A DNA stretch of 64,000 bases, from assembly GCA_964016885.1 (NCBI GenBank), contig OZ024741.1:27466001-27530000 (forward strand), given 5' to 3'. The translations under genes and the position numbers were made by a program. This DNA is from Eledone cirrhosa. Lineage: Eukaryota. The first letter of the stretch is position 1; every line of letters begins with the position of its first letter. The notes below the pieces were generated by a model. The model was not told the origin of the DNA and did not search any database. It saw only the letters and a list, made by a program, of their open reading frames with translations. This document shows, piece by piece, positions 10,801 through 25,600 of the stretch.

Positions 10801-13800
10801 GCAGAACGTCGTTCACTATAGAACTAAGTCTAACAGAAGGTCGTTGACTATAGACTATAGAACTATATCTAGCAGAAGGTCGTTGACTATAGAACTAAGT
10901 CTAACAGAACGTCGTTGACTATAGAACTAATACAAACAGAGCGTCGTTGACTATAGACTATAGAACTAAGTCTAACAGAACGTCGTTAACTGTAGAACTA
11001 AGACTAACAGAATGTCGTTGACTATAGAACTAAGTCTAACAGAACGTCATTGACTATAGAACTAAAACTAACAGAACGACGTTGAGTATAGACTATAGAA
11101 CTAAGTCTAACAGAACGTCGTTGACTATAGAACTAAGTCTAACAGAATGTCGTTAACTATAGAACTAAGACTAACAGAACGTCGTTGACTATAGAACTAA
11201 GTCTAACAGAACGTCGTTGACTATAGAACTAAGACTAACAGAACGACGTTGAGTATAGACTATAGAACTAAGTCTAACAGAACGTCGTTGACTATAGAAC
11301 TAAGTCTAGCAGAACGTCGTTGACTATAGAATTAAGACTAACAGAATGTCGTTGACTATAGATTATAGAGCTAAGCCTAACAGAACGTCGTTGACTATAG
11401 AACTAAGTCTATAACAGAACGTCGTTGACTATAAAACTAAGACTAACAGAACGTCGTTGACTATAGAACTAAGTGTAACAGAACGTCATTGACTATAGAC
11501 TATAGAACTAAGTCTAACAGAATGTCGTTGACTAAAGAACTAAGTCTAACAGAACGTCGTTGACTATAGAACTAAGTGTAACAGAACGTCATTGACTATA
11601 GACTATAGAACTAAGTCTAACAGAACGTCGTTGACTATAGAACTAAGACTAACAGAACGATGTTGAGTATAGACTATAGAACTAAGTCTAACAGAACGTC
11701 GTTGACTATAGAACTAAGTCTAGCAGAACGTCGTAGACTATATAACTACGTCTAACAGAACGTCGTTGACTAAAGAACTAAGTATAGCAGAACGTCGTTC
11801 ACTATAGAACTAAGACGATCAGAACGTTGTTGACTAAAGAACTAAGTCTAACAGAACGTCGTTCACTATAGAATTGAGACTAATAGAACGTCGTTGACTA
11901 TAGACTATAGAACTAAGTCTAGCAGAAGGTCGTTGACTATAGAACTAAGTCTAACAGAACGTCGTTGACTATAGAATTGAGACTAACAGAACGTCGTTGA
12001 CTATAGACTATAGAACTAAGTCTAACAGAACGTCGTTGACTATAGAACTAAGTCTAGCAGAACGTCGTTGACTATAAAACTGAGACTAACATAACGTCGT
12101 TGACTGTAGACTATTGAACTAATTTAACATAACGTCGTTGACTATAGAACTAAGCCTAACAGAACGTCGTTGACTATAGAACTAAGACTAATAGAACGTC
12201 GTTGACTATAGAATTAAGTCTAACAGAACGTCGTTAAATATAGAACTAAGACTAATAGAACGTCGTTGACTATATAACTAAGACTAACAGAACGTCGTCG
12301 ACTATAGAACTAAGTCTAACAGAACGTCGTTGACTATAGAACTAAAACTAACAGAACGTCGTTGACTATAGAACTAAGCGTAATAGAACGTCGTAGACTA
12401 TAGAACTACGTCTAACAGAACGTCGTTGACTAAAGAACTAAGTATAGCAGAACGTCGTTCACTATAGAACTAAGACTAACAGAACGTCGTTGACTATACA
12501 ACTAAGACTATCAAAACGTTGTTGACTATAGACTATAGAACTAAGTCTAACAAAAAGTCGTTGACTATAGAACTAAGTCTAACAGAACGTCGTTTACTAT
12601 AGACTATAGAACTAAGTCTAACAGAACGTCGTTGACTATAGAACAAAGACTAACAGAACGTTGTTGACTAAAGAACTAATTCTAACAGAACGTCGTTGAC
12701 TATAGACTATAGAACTAAATCTAGCAGAACGCGTTGACTATAGACTACAGAACTAAGTCTAACAGAACGTCGTTTACTAAAGAACTAAGTCTAACAGAAC
12801 TTCGTTGACTATAGAACTAAGACTAACAGAAGGTCGTTGACTATAGAACTAAGTGTAACAGAACGTCGTTGATTATAGACTATAGAACTAAGTCTAACAG
12901 AACGTCGTTAACTATAGAACTAAGACTAACAGAACGTCGTTGACTATAGAACTAAGTCTAACAGAACGTCGTTGACTATAGTCTATAGAACTAAGTCTAA
13001 CAGAATGTCGTTGACTATAGAACTAAGACTAACAGAACGTTGTTGACTAAAGAACTAAGTCTAACAGAACGTCGTTGACTATAGAATTGAGACTAACAGA
13101 ACGTCGTTGACTATAGACTATAGAACTAAGCCTAACAGAACGTCCTTGACTATAGAACTAAGTCTAACAGAACGTCGTTGACTATAGAACTAAGACAAAC
13201 AGAACGTCGTTGACTATAGACTATAGAACTAAATCTAGCAGAAGGTCGTTGACTATAGAACTAAGTCTAACAGAACGTCGTTGACTATAGAACTAATACA
13301 AACAGAGCGTCGTTGACTATAGACTATAGAACTAAGTCTAACAGAACGTCGTTAACTGTAGAACTAAGACTAACAGAACGTCGTTGACTATAGAACTAAG
13401 TCTAACAGAACGTCATTGACTATAGAACTAAAACTAACAGAACGACGTTGAGTATAGACTACAGAACTAAGTCTAACAGAACGTCGTTGAGTATAGAACT
13501 AAGTCTAACAGAATGTCGTTAACTATAGAACTAAGACTAACAGAACGTCGTTGACTATAGAACTAAGTCTAACAGAACGTCGTTGACTATAGAACTAAGA
13601 CTAACAGAACGACGTTGAGTATAGACTATAGAACTAAGTCTAACAGAACGTCGTTGACTATAGAACTAAGTCTAGCAGAACGTCGTTGACTATAGATTAT
13701 AGAGCTAAGCCTAACAGAACGTCGTTGACTATAGAACTAAGTCTATAACAGAACGTCGTTGACTATAAAACTAAGACTAACAGAACGTCGTTGACTATAG

Positions 13801-16600
13801 AACTAAGTGTAACAGAACGTCATTGACTATAGACTATAGAACTAAGTCTAACAGAATGTCGTTGACTATAGAACTAAGACTAACAGAACGTTGTTGACTA
13901 AAGAACTAAGTCTAACAGAACGTCGTTGACTATAAAATTGAGACTAACAGAACGTCGTTGACTATAGAACTAAGTCTAACAGAACGTCGTTGACTATAGA
14001 ACTAAGTGTAACAGAACGTCATTGACTATAGACTATAGAACTAAGTCTAACAGAACGTCGTTGAATATAGAACTAAGACTAACAGAACGACGTTGAGTAT
14101 AGACTATAGAACTAAGTCTAACAGAACGTCGTTGACTATAGAACTAAGACTAGCAGAACGTCGTAGACTATATAACTACGTCTAACAGAACGTCGTTGAC
14201 TAAAGAACTAAGTATAGCAGAACGTCGTTCACTATAGAACTAAGACTATCAGAACGTTGTTGACTAAAGAACTAAGTCTAAAAGAACGTCGTTCACTATA
14301 GAATTGAGACTAATAGAACGTCGTTGACTATAGACTATAGAACTAAGTCTAGCAGAAGGTCGTTGACTATAGAACTAAGTCTAACAGAACGTCGTTGACT
14401 ATAGAATTGAGACTAACAGAACGTCGTTGACTATAGACTATAGAACTACGTCTAACAGAACGTCGTTGACTATAGAACTAAGTCTAGCAGAACGTCGTTG
14501 ACTATAAAACTGAGACTAACATAACGTCGTTGACTATAGACTATTGAACTAATTTAACATAACGTCGTTGACTATAGAACTAAGCCTAACAGAACGTCGT
14601 TGACTATAGAACTAAGACTAATAGAACGTCGTTGACTATAGAATTAAGTCTAACAGAACGTCGATAAATAGAGAACTAAGACTAATAGAACGTCGTTGAC
14701 TATATAACTAAGACTAACAGAACGTCGTCGACTATAGAACTAAGTCTAACAGAACGTCGTTGACTATAGAACTAAGTCTAACAGAACGTCGTTGACTATA
14801 GAACTAAGACTAACAGAACGTCGTTGACTATAGAACTAAGCGTAATAGAACGTCGTAGACTATAGAACTACGTCTAACAGAACGTCGTTGACTAAAGAAC
14901 TAAGTATAGCAGAACGTCGTTCACTATAGAACTAAGACTAACAGAACGTCGTTGACTATACAACTAAGACTATCAAAACGTCGTTGACTATAGACTATAG
15001 AACTAAGTCTAACAAAAAGTCGTTGACTATAGAACCAAGTCTAACAGAACGTCGTTAACTATAGACTATAGAACTAAGTCTAACAGAACGTCGTTGACTA
15101 TAGAACAAAGACTAACAGAACGTTGTTGACTAAAGAACTAAGTCTAACAGAACGTCGTTGACTATAGACTATAGAACTAAATCTAGCAGAACGCGTTGAC
15201 TGTAGACTATAGAACTAAGTCTAACAGAACGTCGTTGACTATAGACTATAGAACTAAGTCTAACAGAACGTCGTTTACTAAAGAACTAAGTCTAACAGAA
15301 CTTCGTTGACTATAGAACTAAGACTAACAGAACGTCGTTGACTATAGAACTATGTGTAACAGAACGTCGTTGATTATAGACTATAGAACTAAGTCTAACA
15401 GAACGTCGTTAACTATAGAACTAAGACTAACAGAACGTCGTTGACTATAGAACTAAGTCTAACAGAACGTCGTTGACTATAGTCTATAGAACTAAGTCTA
15501 ACAGAATGTCGTTGACTATAGAACTAAGACTAACAGAACGTTGTTGACTAAAGAACTAAGTCTAACAGAACGTCGTTGACTATAGAATTGAGACTAACAG
15601 AACGTCGTTGACTATAGACTATAGAACTAAGTCTAACAGAACGTCGTTGACTATAGAACTAAGTCTAACAGAACGTCGTTGACTATAAAACTGAGACTAA
15701 CAGAACGTCGTTGACTATAGACTATAGAACTAAGTTTAACAGAACGTCGTTCACTATAGACTATAGAACTAAGCCTAACAGAACGTCCTTGACTATAGAA
15801 CTAAGTCTAACAGAACGTCGTTGACTATAGAACTAAGACAAACAGAACGTCGTTGACTATAGACTATAGAACTAAATCTAGCAGAAGGTCGTTGACTATA
15901 GAACTAAGTCTAACAGAACGTCGTTGACTATAGAACTAATACAAACAGAGCGTCGTTGACTATAGACTATAGAACTAAGTCTAACAGAACGTCGTTAACT
16001 GTAGAACTAAGACTAACAGAACGTCGTTGACTATAGAACTAAGTCTAACAGAACGTCATTGACTATAGAACTAAGACTAACAGAACGACGTTGAGTATAG
16101 ACTATAGACCTAAGTCTAACAGAACGTCGTTGACTATAGAACTACTCTAACAGAATGTCGTTAACTATAGAACTAAGACTAACAGAACGTCGTTGACTAT
16201 AGAACTAAGTCTAACAGAACGTCGTTGACTATAGAACTAAGACTAACAGAACGACGTTGAGTATAGACTATAGAACTAATTCTAACAGAACGTCGTTGAC
16301 TATAGAACTAAGTCTAGCAGAACGTCGTTGACTATAGAACTAAGACTAACAGAATGTCGTTGACTATAGATTATAGAAGTAAGCCTAACAGAACGTCGTT
16401 GACTATAGAACTAAGTCTAACAGAACGTCGTTGACTATAAAACTAAGACTAACAGAACGTCGTTGACTATAGAACTAAGTGTAACAGAACGTCATTGACT
16501 ATAGACTATAGAACTAAGTCTAACAGAATGTCGTTGACTATAGAACTAAGACTAACAGAACGTTGTTGACTAAAGAACTAAGTCTAACAGAACGTCGTTG
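4900..16600 (+). repeat. Proximal HOR domain: ~2.55-2.6 kb units plus a nested ~4.25-4.3 kb duplication (boundaries approximate)
   Basis: Marker ACGCGT at 5900 and 8479 (2579 apart) and 12729 (+4250). TCTATAACAG at 7094, 9666, 11408 and 13742. TAAGACGATC at 7561 and 11811 (4250 apart). Confidence 0.8.
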
Positions 16601-19600
16601 ACTATAGAATTGAGACTAACAGAACGTCGTTGACTATAGAACTAAGACTAACAGAACGTCGTTGACTATAGAACTAAAACTAACAGAACGACGTTGAGTA
16701 TAGACTATAGAACTAAGTCTAACAGAACGTCGTTGACTATAGAACTAAGACTAACAGAACGCCGTTGACTATAGAACTAAGACTAACAGAATGTCGTTGA
16801 CTATAGATTATAGAACTAAGCCTAACAGAACGTCGTTGACTATAGAAATAAGTCTAACAGAACATCGTTGACTATAGAACTAAGTCTAACGGAATGTCGT
16901 TAACTATAGAACTAAGACTAACAGAACGTCGTTGACTATAGAACTAAGTCTAACAGAACGTCGTTCACTATAAAACTAAGACTAACAGAACGTCGTTGAC
17001 TATAGCACTAAGTCTAACAGAACATCGTTGACTATAGAACTAAGTCTAACAGAACGTCGTTAAATATATAAGTAAGACTAACAGAACGTCGTTGACTATA
17101 TAACTAAGACTAACAGGACGTCGTTGACTATAGAACTAAGTCTAACAGAACGTCGTTGAATATAGAACTAAGACTAACAGAACGTCGTTGACTATAGAAC
17201 TAAGCGTAACAGAACGTCGTAGACTATAGAACTACGTCTAACAGAACGTCGTTGACTATAGAACTAAGTATAGCAGAACGTCGTTCACTATAGAACTAAG
17301 ACTAACAGAACGTCGTTGACTATACAACTAAGACTATCAGAACGTCGTTGACTATAGACTATAGAACTAAGTCTAAAAAAAGTCGTTGACTATAGAACTA
17401 AGTCTAACAGAACGTCGTTGACTATAGACTATAGAACTAAATCTAACAGAACGTCGTTGACTATAGAACAAAGACTAACAGAACGTTGTTGACTAAAGAA
17501 CTAAGTCTAACAGAACGTCGTTGACTAGAGACTATAGAACTAAATCTAGCAGAATGCGTTGACTATAGACTATAGAACTAAGTCTAACAGAACGTCGTTG
17601 ACTATAGACTATAGAACTAAGTTTAACAGAACGTCGTTTACTATAGAACTAAGTCTAACAGAACGTCGTTGACTATAGAATTAAGTCTAACAGAACGTCG
17701 TTGACTATAATCTATAGAACTAAGTCTAACAGAATGTCGTTGACTATAGAACTAAGACTAACAGAACGTTGTTGACTAAAGAACTAAGTCTAACAGAACG
17801 TCGTTGACTATAGAATTGAGACTAACAGAACGTCGTTGACTATAGAACTAAGTCTAACAGAACGTCGTTGACTATAAAACTGAGACTAACAGAACGTCGT
17901 TCACTATAGACTATAGAACTAAGTTTAACAGAACGTCGTTGACTATAGACTATAGAACTAAGCCTAACAGAACATCGTTGATTATAGAACTAAGTCTAAC
18001 AGAACGTCGTTAAATATAGAACTAAGACTAACAGAACGTCGTTGACTATATAACTAAGACTAACAGAACGTCGTTGACTATAGAACTAAGTCTAGCAGAA
18101 CGTCGTTGACTATAGAACTAAGACTAACAGAACGTCGTTGACTATAGAACTAAGAGTAACAGAACGTCGTAGACTATAGAACTACGTCTAACAGAACGTC
18201 GTTGACTATAGAACTAAGTATAGCAGAACGTCGTTCACTATAGAACTAAGAGTAACAGAACGTCGTTGACTATACAACTAAGACTATCAGAACGTCGTTG
18301 ACTATAGACTATAGAACTAAGTCTAACAAAAAGTCGTTGACTATAGAACTAAGTCTAACAGAACGTCGTTGACTATAAATTACAGAACTAAGTCTAACAG
18401 AACGTCGTTGACTATAGACTATAGAACTAAATCTAGCAGAACGCGTTGACTATAGACTATAGAACTAAGTCTAACAGAACTTCGTTGACTATAGAATTAA
18501 GTGTAACAGAACGTTGTTGACTATAGATCTAAGTCTAACAGAACGTCGTTGACTATAAAACTGAGACTAACAGAACGTGGTTGACTATAGACTATAGACT
18601 ATAGAACTAAGGCTAACAGAACATCGCTAACTATAGGACTTTGATTAACAGAACGTCGTTGAATATAGATTAAGTCTAACAGAACGTCGTTGACTATAGA
18701 ATTAAGTGTAACAGAACGTCGTTGACTATAGACTATAGAACTAAGTCTAACAGAACGTCGTTGACTATAGAACTAAGTCTAACAGAACGTCGTTGACTAT
18801 AGAACTAAGACTAACAGAACGTCGTTGACTATAGAACTATGTGTAGCACAACGTCGTTGACTATAGAACTAAGTCTAACTGAACGTCGTTGACTATAGAA
18901 CTGAGACTAACAGAACGTCGTTGACTATAGACTATAGAACTATGTCTAACAGAACGTCGTTGACTATAGAACTACGTCTAACAGAACGTCGTTAAATATA
19001 TAAGTAAGACTAACAGAACGTCGTTGACTATATAACTAAGACTAACAGAACGTCGTTGACTATAGCACTAGGTCTAACAGAATATCGTTGACTATAGAAC
19101 TAAGTCTAACAGAACGTCGTTAAATATATAAGTAAGACTAACAGAACGTCGTTGACTATAGAACTAAGTCTAACAGAACGTCGTTGAATATAGAACTAAG
19201 ACTAACAGAACGTCGTTGACTATAGAACTAAGCGTAACAGAACCTCGTAGACTATAGAACTACGTCTAACAGAACGTCGTTGACTATAGAACTAAGTATA
19301 GCAGAACGTCGTTCACTATAGAACTAAGACTAACAGAACGTCGTTGACTATACAACTAAGACTATCAGAACGTCGTTGACTATAGACTATAGAACTAAGT
19401 CTAAAAAAAGTCGTTGACTATAGAACTAAGTCTAACAGAACGTCGTTGACTATAGACTATAGAACTAAGTCTAACAGAACGTCGTTGACTATAGAACAAA
19501 GACTAACAGAACGTTGTTGACTAAAGAACTAAGTCTAACAGAACGTCGTTGACTATAGACTATAGAACTAAATCTAGCAGAACGCGTTGACTATAGACTA

Positions 19601-22600
19601 TAGAACTAAGTCTAAAAGAACGTCGTTGACTATAGACTATAGAACTAAGTTTAACAGAACGTCGTTTACTATAGAACTAAGTCTAACAGAACGTCGTTGA
19701 CTATAGAATTAAGACTAACAGAACGTCGTTGACTATAGAACTAAGTCTAACAGAACGTCGTTGACTATAATCTATAGAACTAAGTCTAACAGAATGTCGT
19801 TGACTATAGAACTAAGACTAACAGAACGTTGTTGACTAAAGAACTAAGTCTAACAGAACGTCGTTGACTATAGAATTGAGACTAACAGAACGTCGTTGAC
19901 TATAGAACTAAGTCTAACAGAACGTCGTTGACTATAAAACTGAGACTAACAGAACGTCGTTCACTATAGACTATAGAACTAAGTTTAACAGAACGTCGTT
20001 GACTATAGACTATAGAACTAAGCCTAACAGAACATCGTTGATTATAGAACTAAGTCTAACAGAACGTCGTTAAATATAGAACTAAGACTAACAGAACGTC
20101 GTTGACTATATAACTAAGACTAACAGAACGTCGTTGACTATAGAACTAAGTCTAGCAGAACGTCGTTGACTATAAAACTCAGACTAACAGAACGTCGTTG
20201 ACTATAGAACTAAGAGTAACAGAACGTCGTAGACTATAGAACTACGTCTAACAGAACGTCGTTGACTATAGAACTAAGTATAGCAGAACGTCGTTCACTA
20301 TAGAACTAAGAGTAACAGAACGTCGTTGACAATACAACTAAGACTATCAGAACGTCGTTGACTATAGACTATAGAACTAAGTCTAACAAAAAGTCGTTGA
20401 CTATAGAACTAAGTCTAACAGAACGTCGTTGACTATAAACTACAGGACTAAGTCTAACAGAACGTCGTTGACTATAGACTATAGAACTATATCAGGCAAA
20501 ACGCGTTGACTATAGACTATAGAACTAAGTCTAACAGAACTTCGTTGACTATAGAATTAAGTGTAACAGAACGTTGTTGACTATAGATCTAAGTCTAACA
20601 GAACGTCGTTGACTATAAAACTGAGACTAACAGAACGTCGTTGACTATAGACTATAGACTATAGAACTAAGGCTAACAGAACATCGCTAACTATAGGACT
20701 TTGATTAACAGAACGTCGTTGAATATAGATTAAGTCTAACAGAACGTCGTTGACTATAGAATTAAGTGTAACAGAACGTCGTTGACTATAGACTATAGAA
20801 CTAAGTCTAACAGAACGTCGTTGACTATAGAACTAAGTCTAACAGAACGTCGTTGACTATAGAACTAAGACTAACAGAACGTCGTTGACTATAGAACTAT
20901 ATGTAGCACAACGTCGTTGACTATAGAACTAAGTCTAACAGAACGTCGTTGACTATAGAACTAAGACTAACAGAACGTTGTTGACTAAAGAACTAAGTCT
21001 AACAGAACGTCGTTGACTATAGAATTGAGACTAACAGAACGTCGTTGACTATAGACTATAGAACTAAGGCTAACAGAACGTCGTTAACTATAGAACTTAG
21101 ATTAACAGAACGTCGTTGACTATAGACTATAGAAGTAATGCTAACAGAACGTCGTTAACTATATAACTTAGATTAACAGAACGTCCTTGACTATAGAACT
21201 AAGTCTAACAGAACGTCGTTGACAATATAATTAACTGTAACAGAACGACGTTGACTATAGACTATAGATCTAAGTCTAACAGAACGTCGTTGACTATAGA
21301 ATTAAGTCTAACAGAACGTCGTTGACTATAGAACTAAGTCTAACAGAACGTTGTTGACTATAGAACTGAGACTAACAGAACGTCGTTGACTATAGACTAT
21401 AGAACTATGTCTAAAAAAAGTCGTTGACTATAGAACTAAGTCTAACAGAACGTCGTTGACTATAGACTATAGAACTAAGTCTAACAGAACGTCGTTGACT
21501 ATAGAACTAAGACTAACAGAACGTCGTTGACTATAGAACTAAAACTAACAGAACGACGTTGAGTATAGACTATAGAACTAAGTCTAACAGAACGTCGTTG
21601 ACTATAGAACTAAGACTAACAGAACGCCGTTGACTATAGAACTAAGACTAACAGAATGTCGTTGACTATAGATTATAGAACTAAGCCTAACAGAACGTCG
21701 TTGACTATAGAAATAAGTCTAACAGAACATCGTTGACTATAGAACTAAGTCTAACGGAATGTCGTTAACTATAGAACTAAGACTAACAGAACGTCGTTGA
21801 CTATAGAACTAAGTCTAACAGAACGTCGTTGACTATAAAACTAAGACTAACAGAACGTCGTTGACTATAGCACTAAGTCTAACAGAACATCGTTGACTAT
21901 AGAACTAAGTCTAACAGAACGTCGTTAAATATATAAGTAAGACTAACAGAACGTCGTTGACTATATAACTAAGACTAACAGAACGTCGTTGACTATAGAA
22001 CTAAGTCTAACAGAACGTCGTTGAATATAGAACTAAGACTAACAGAACGTCGTTGACTATAGAACTAAGCGTAACAGAACGTCGTAGACTATAGAACTAC
22101 GTCTAACAGAACGTCGTTGACTATAGAACTAAGTATAGCAGAACGTCGTTCACTATAGAACTAAGACTAACAGAACGTCGTTGACTATAGACTATAGAAC
22201 TAAGTCTAAAAAAAGTCGTTGACTATAGAACTAAGTCTAACAGAACGTCGTTGACTATAGACTATAGAACTAAATCTAACAGAACGTCGTTGACTATAGA
22301 ACAAAGACTAACAGAACGTTGTTGACTAAAGAACTAAGTCTAACAGAACGTCGTTGACTAGAGACTATAGAACTAAATCTAGCAGAACGCGTTGACTATA
22401 GACTATAGAACTAAGTCTAACAGAACGTCGTTGACTATAGACTATAGAACTAAGTTTAACAGAACGTCGTTTACTATAGAACTAAGTCTAACAGAACGTC
22501 GTTGACTATAGAACTAAGACTAACAGAACGTCGTTGACTATAGAATTAAGTCTAACAGAACGTCGTTGACTATAATCTATAGAACTAAGTCTAACAGAAT

Positions 22601-25600
22601 GTCGTTGACTATAGAACTAAGACTAACAGAACGTTGTTGACTAAAGAACTAAGTCTAACAGAACGTCGTTGACTATAGAATTGAGACTAACAGAACGTCG
22701 TTGACTATAGAACTAAGTCTAACAGAACGTCGTTGACTATAAAACTGAGACTAACAGAACGTCGTTCACTATAGACTATAGAACTAAGTTTAACAGAACG
22801 TCGTTGACTATAGACTATAGAACTAAGCCTAACAGAACATCGTTGATTATAGAACTAAGTCTAACAGAACGTCGTTAAATATAGAACTAAGACTAACAGA
22901 ACGTCGTTGACTATATAACTAAGACTAACAGAACGTCGTTGACTATAGAACTAAGTCTAGCAGAACGTCGTTGACTATAGAACTAAGACTAACAGAACGT
23001 CGTTGACTATAGAACTAAGAGTAACAGAACGTCGTAGACTATAGAACTACGTCTAACAGAACGTCGTTGACTATAGAACTAAGTATAGCAGAACGTCGTT
23101 CACTATAGAACTAAGAGTAACAGAACGTCGTTGACTATACAACTAAGACTATCAGAACGTCGTTGACTATAGACTATAGAACTAAGTCTAACAAAAAGTC
23201 GTTGACTATAGAACTAAGTCTAACAGAACGTCGTTGACTATAAATTACAGAACTAAGTCTAACAGAACGTCGTTGACTATAGACTATAGAACTAAATCTA
23301 GCAGAACGCGTTGACTATAGACTATAGAACTAAGTCTAACAGAACTTCGTTGACTATAGAATTAAGTGTAACAGAACGTTGTTGACTATAGATCTAAGTC
23401 TAACAGAACGTCGTTGACTATAAAACTGAGACTAACAGAACGTCGTTGACTATAGACTATAGACTATAGAACTAAGGCTAACAGAACATCGCTAACTATA
23501 GGACTTTGATTAAAAGAACGTCGTTGAATATAGATTAAGTCTAACAGAACGTCGTTGACTATAGAATTAAGTGTAACAGAACGTCGTTGACTATAGACTA
23601 TAGAACTAAGTCTAACAGAACGTCGTTGACTATAGAACTAAGTCTAACAGAACGTCGTTGACTATAGAACTAAGACTAACAGAACGTCGTTGACTATAGA
23701 ACTATATGTAGCACAACGTCGTTGACTATAGAACTAAGTCTAACAGAACGTCGTTGACTATAGAACTAAGACTAACAGAACGTTGTTGACTAAAGAACTA
23801 AGTCTAACAGAACGTCGTTGACTATAGAATTGAGACTAACAGAACGTCGTTGACTATAGACTATAGAACTAAGGCTAACAGAACGTCGTTAACTATAGAA
23901 CTTAGATTAACAGAACGTCGTTGACTATAGACTATAGAAGTAATGCTAACAGAACGTCGTTAACTATATAACTTAGATTAACAGAACGTCCTTGACTATA
24001 GAACTAAGTCTAACAGAACGTCGTTGACAATATAATTAACTGTAACAGAACGACGTTGACTATAGACTATAGATCTAAGTCTAACAGAACGTCGTTGACT
24101 ATAGAATTAAGTCTAACAGAACGTCGTTGACTATAGAACTAAGTCTAACAGAACGTTGTTGACTATAGAACTGAGACTAACAGAACGTCGTTGACTATAG
24201 ACTATAGAACTATGTCTAAAAAAAGTCGTTGACTATAGAACTAAGTCTAACAGAACGTCGTTGACTATAGACTATAGAACTAAGTCTAACAGAACGTCGT
24301 TGACTATAGAACTAAGACTAACAGAACGTCGTTGACTATAGAACTAAAACTAACAGAACGACGTTGAGTATAGACTATAGAACTAAGTCTAACAGAACGT
24401 CGTTGACTATAGAACTAAGACTAACAGAACGCCGTTGACTATAGAACTAAGACTAACAGAATGTCGTTGACTATAGATTATAGAACTAAGCCTAACAGAA
24501 CGTCGTTGACTATAGAAATAAGTCTAACAGAACATCGTTGACTATAGAACTAAGTCTAACGGAATGTCGTTAACTATAGAACTAAGACTAACAGAACGTC
24601 GTTGACTATAGAACTAAGTCTAACAGAACGTCGTTGACTATAAAACTAAGACTAACAGAACGTCGTTGACTATAGCACTAAGTCTAACAGAACATCGTTG
24701 ACTATAGAACTAAGTCTAACAGAACGTCGTTAAATATATAAGTAAGACTAACAGAACGTCGTTGACTATATAACTAAGACTAACAGAACGTCGTTGACTA
24801 TAGAACTAAGTCTAACAGAACGTCGTTGAATATAGAACTAAGACTAACAGAACGTCGTTGACTATAGAACTAAGCGTAACAGAACGTCGTAGACTATAGA
24901 ACTACGTCTAACAGAACGTCGTTGACTATAGAACTAAGTATAGCAGAACGTCGTTCACTATAGAACTAAGACTAACAGAACGTCGTTGACTATAGACTAT
25001 AGAACTAAGTCTAAAAAAAGTCGTTGACTATAGAACTAAGTCTAACAGAACGTCGTTGACTATAGACTATAGAACTAAATCTAACAGAACGTCGTTGACT
25101 ATAGAACAAAGACTAACAGAACGTTGTTGACTAAAGAACTAAGTCTAACAGAACGTCGTTGACTAGAGACTATAGAACTAAATCTAGCAGAACGCGTTGA
25201 CTATAGACTATAGAACTAAGTCTAACAGAACGTCGTTGACTATAGACTATAGAACTAAGTTTAACAGAACGTCGTTTACTATAGAACTAAGTCTAACAGA
25301 ACGTCGTTGACTATAGAACTAAGACTAACAGAACGTCGTTGACTATAGAATTAAGTCTAACAGAACGTCGTTGACTATAATCTATAGAACTAAGTCTAAC
25401 AGAATGTCGTTGACTATAGAACTAAGACTAACAGAACGTTGTTGACTAAAGAACTAAGTCTAACAGAACGTCGTTGACTATAGAATTGAGACTAACAGAA
25501 CGTCGTTGACTATAGAACTAAGTCTAACAGAACGTCGTTGACTATAAAACTGAGACTAACAGAACGTCGTTCACTATAGACTATAGAACTAAGTTTAACA

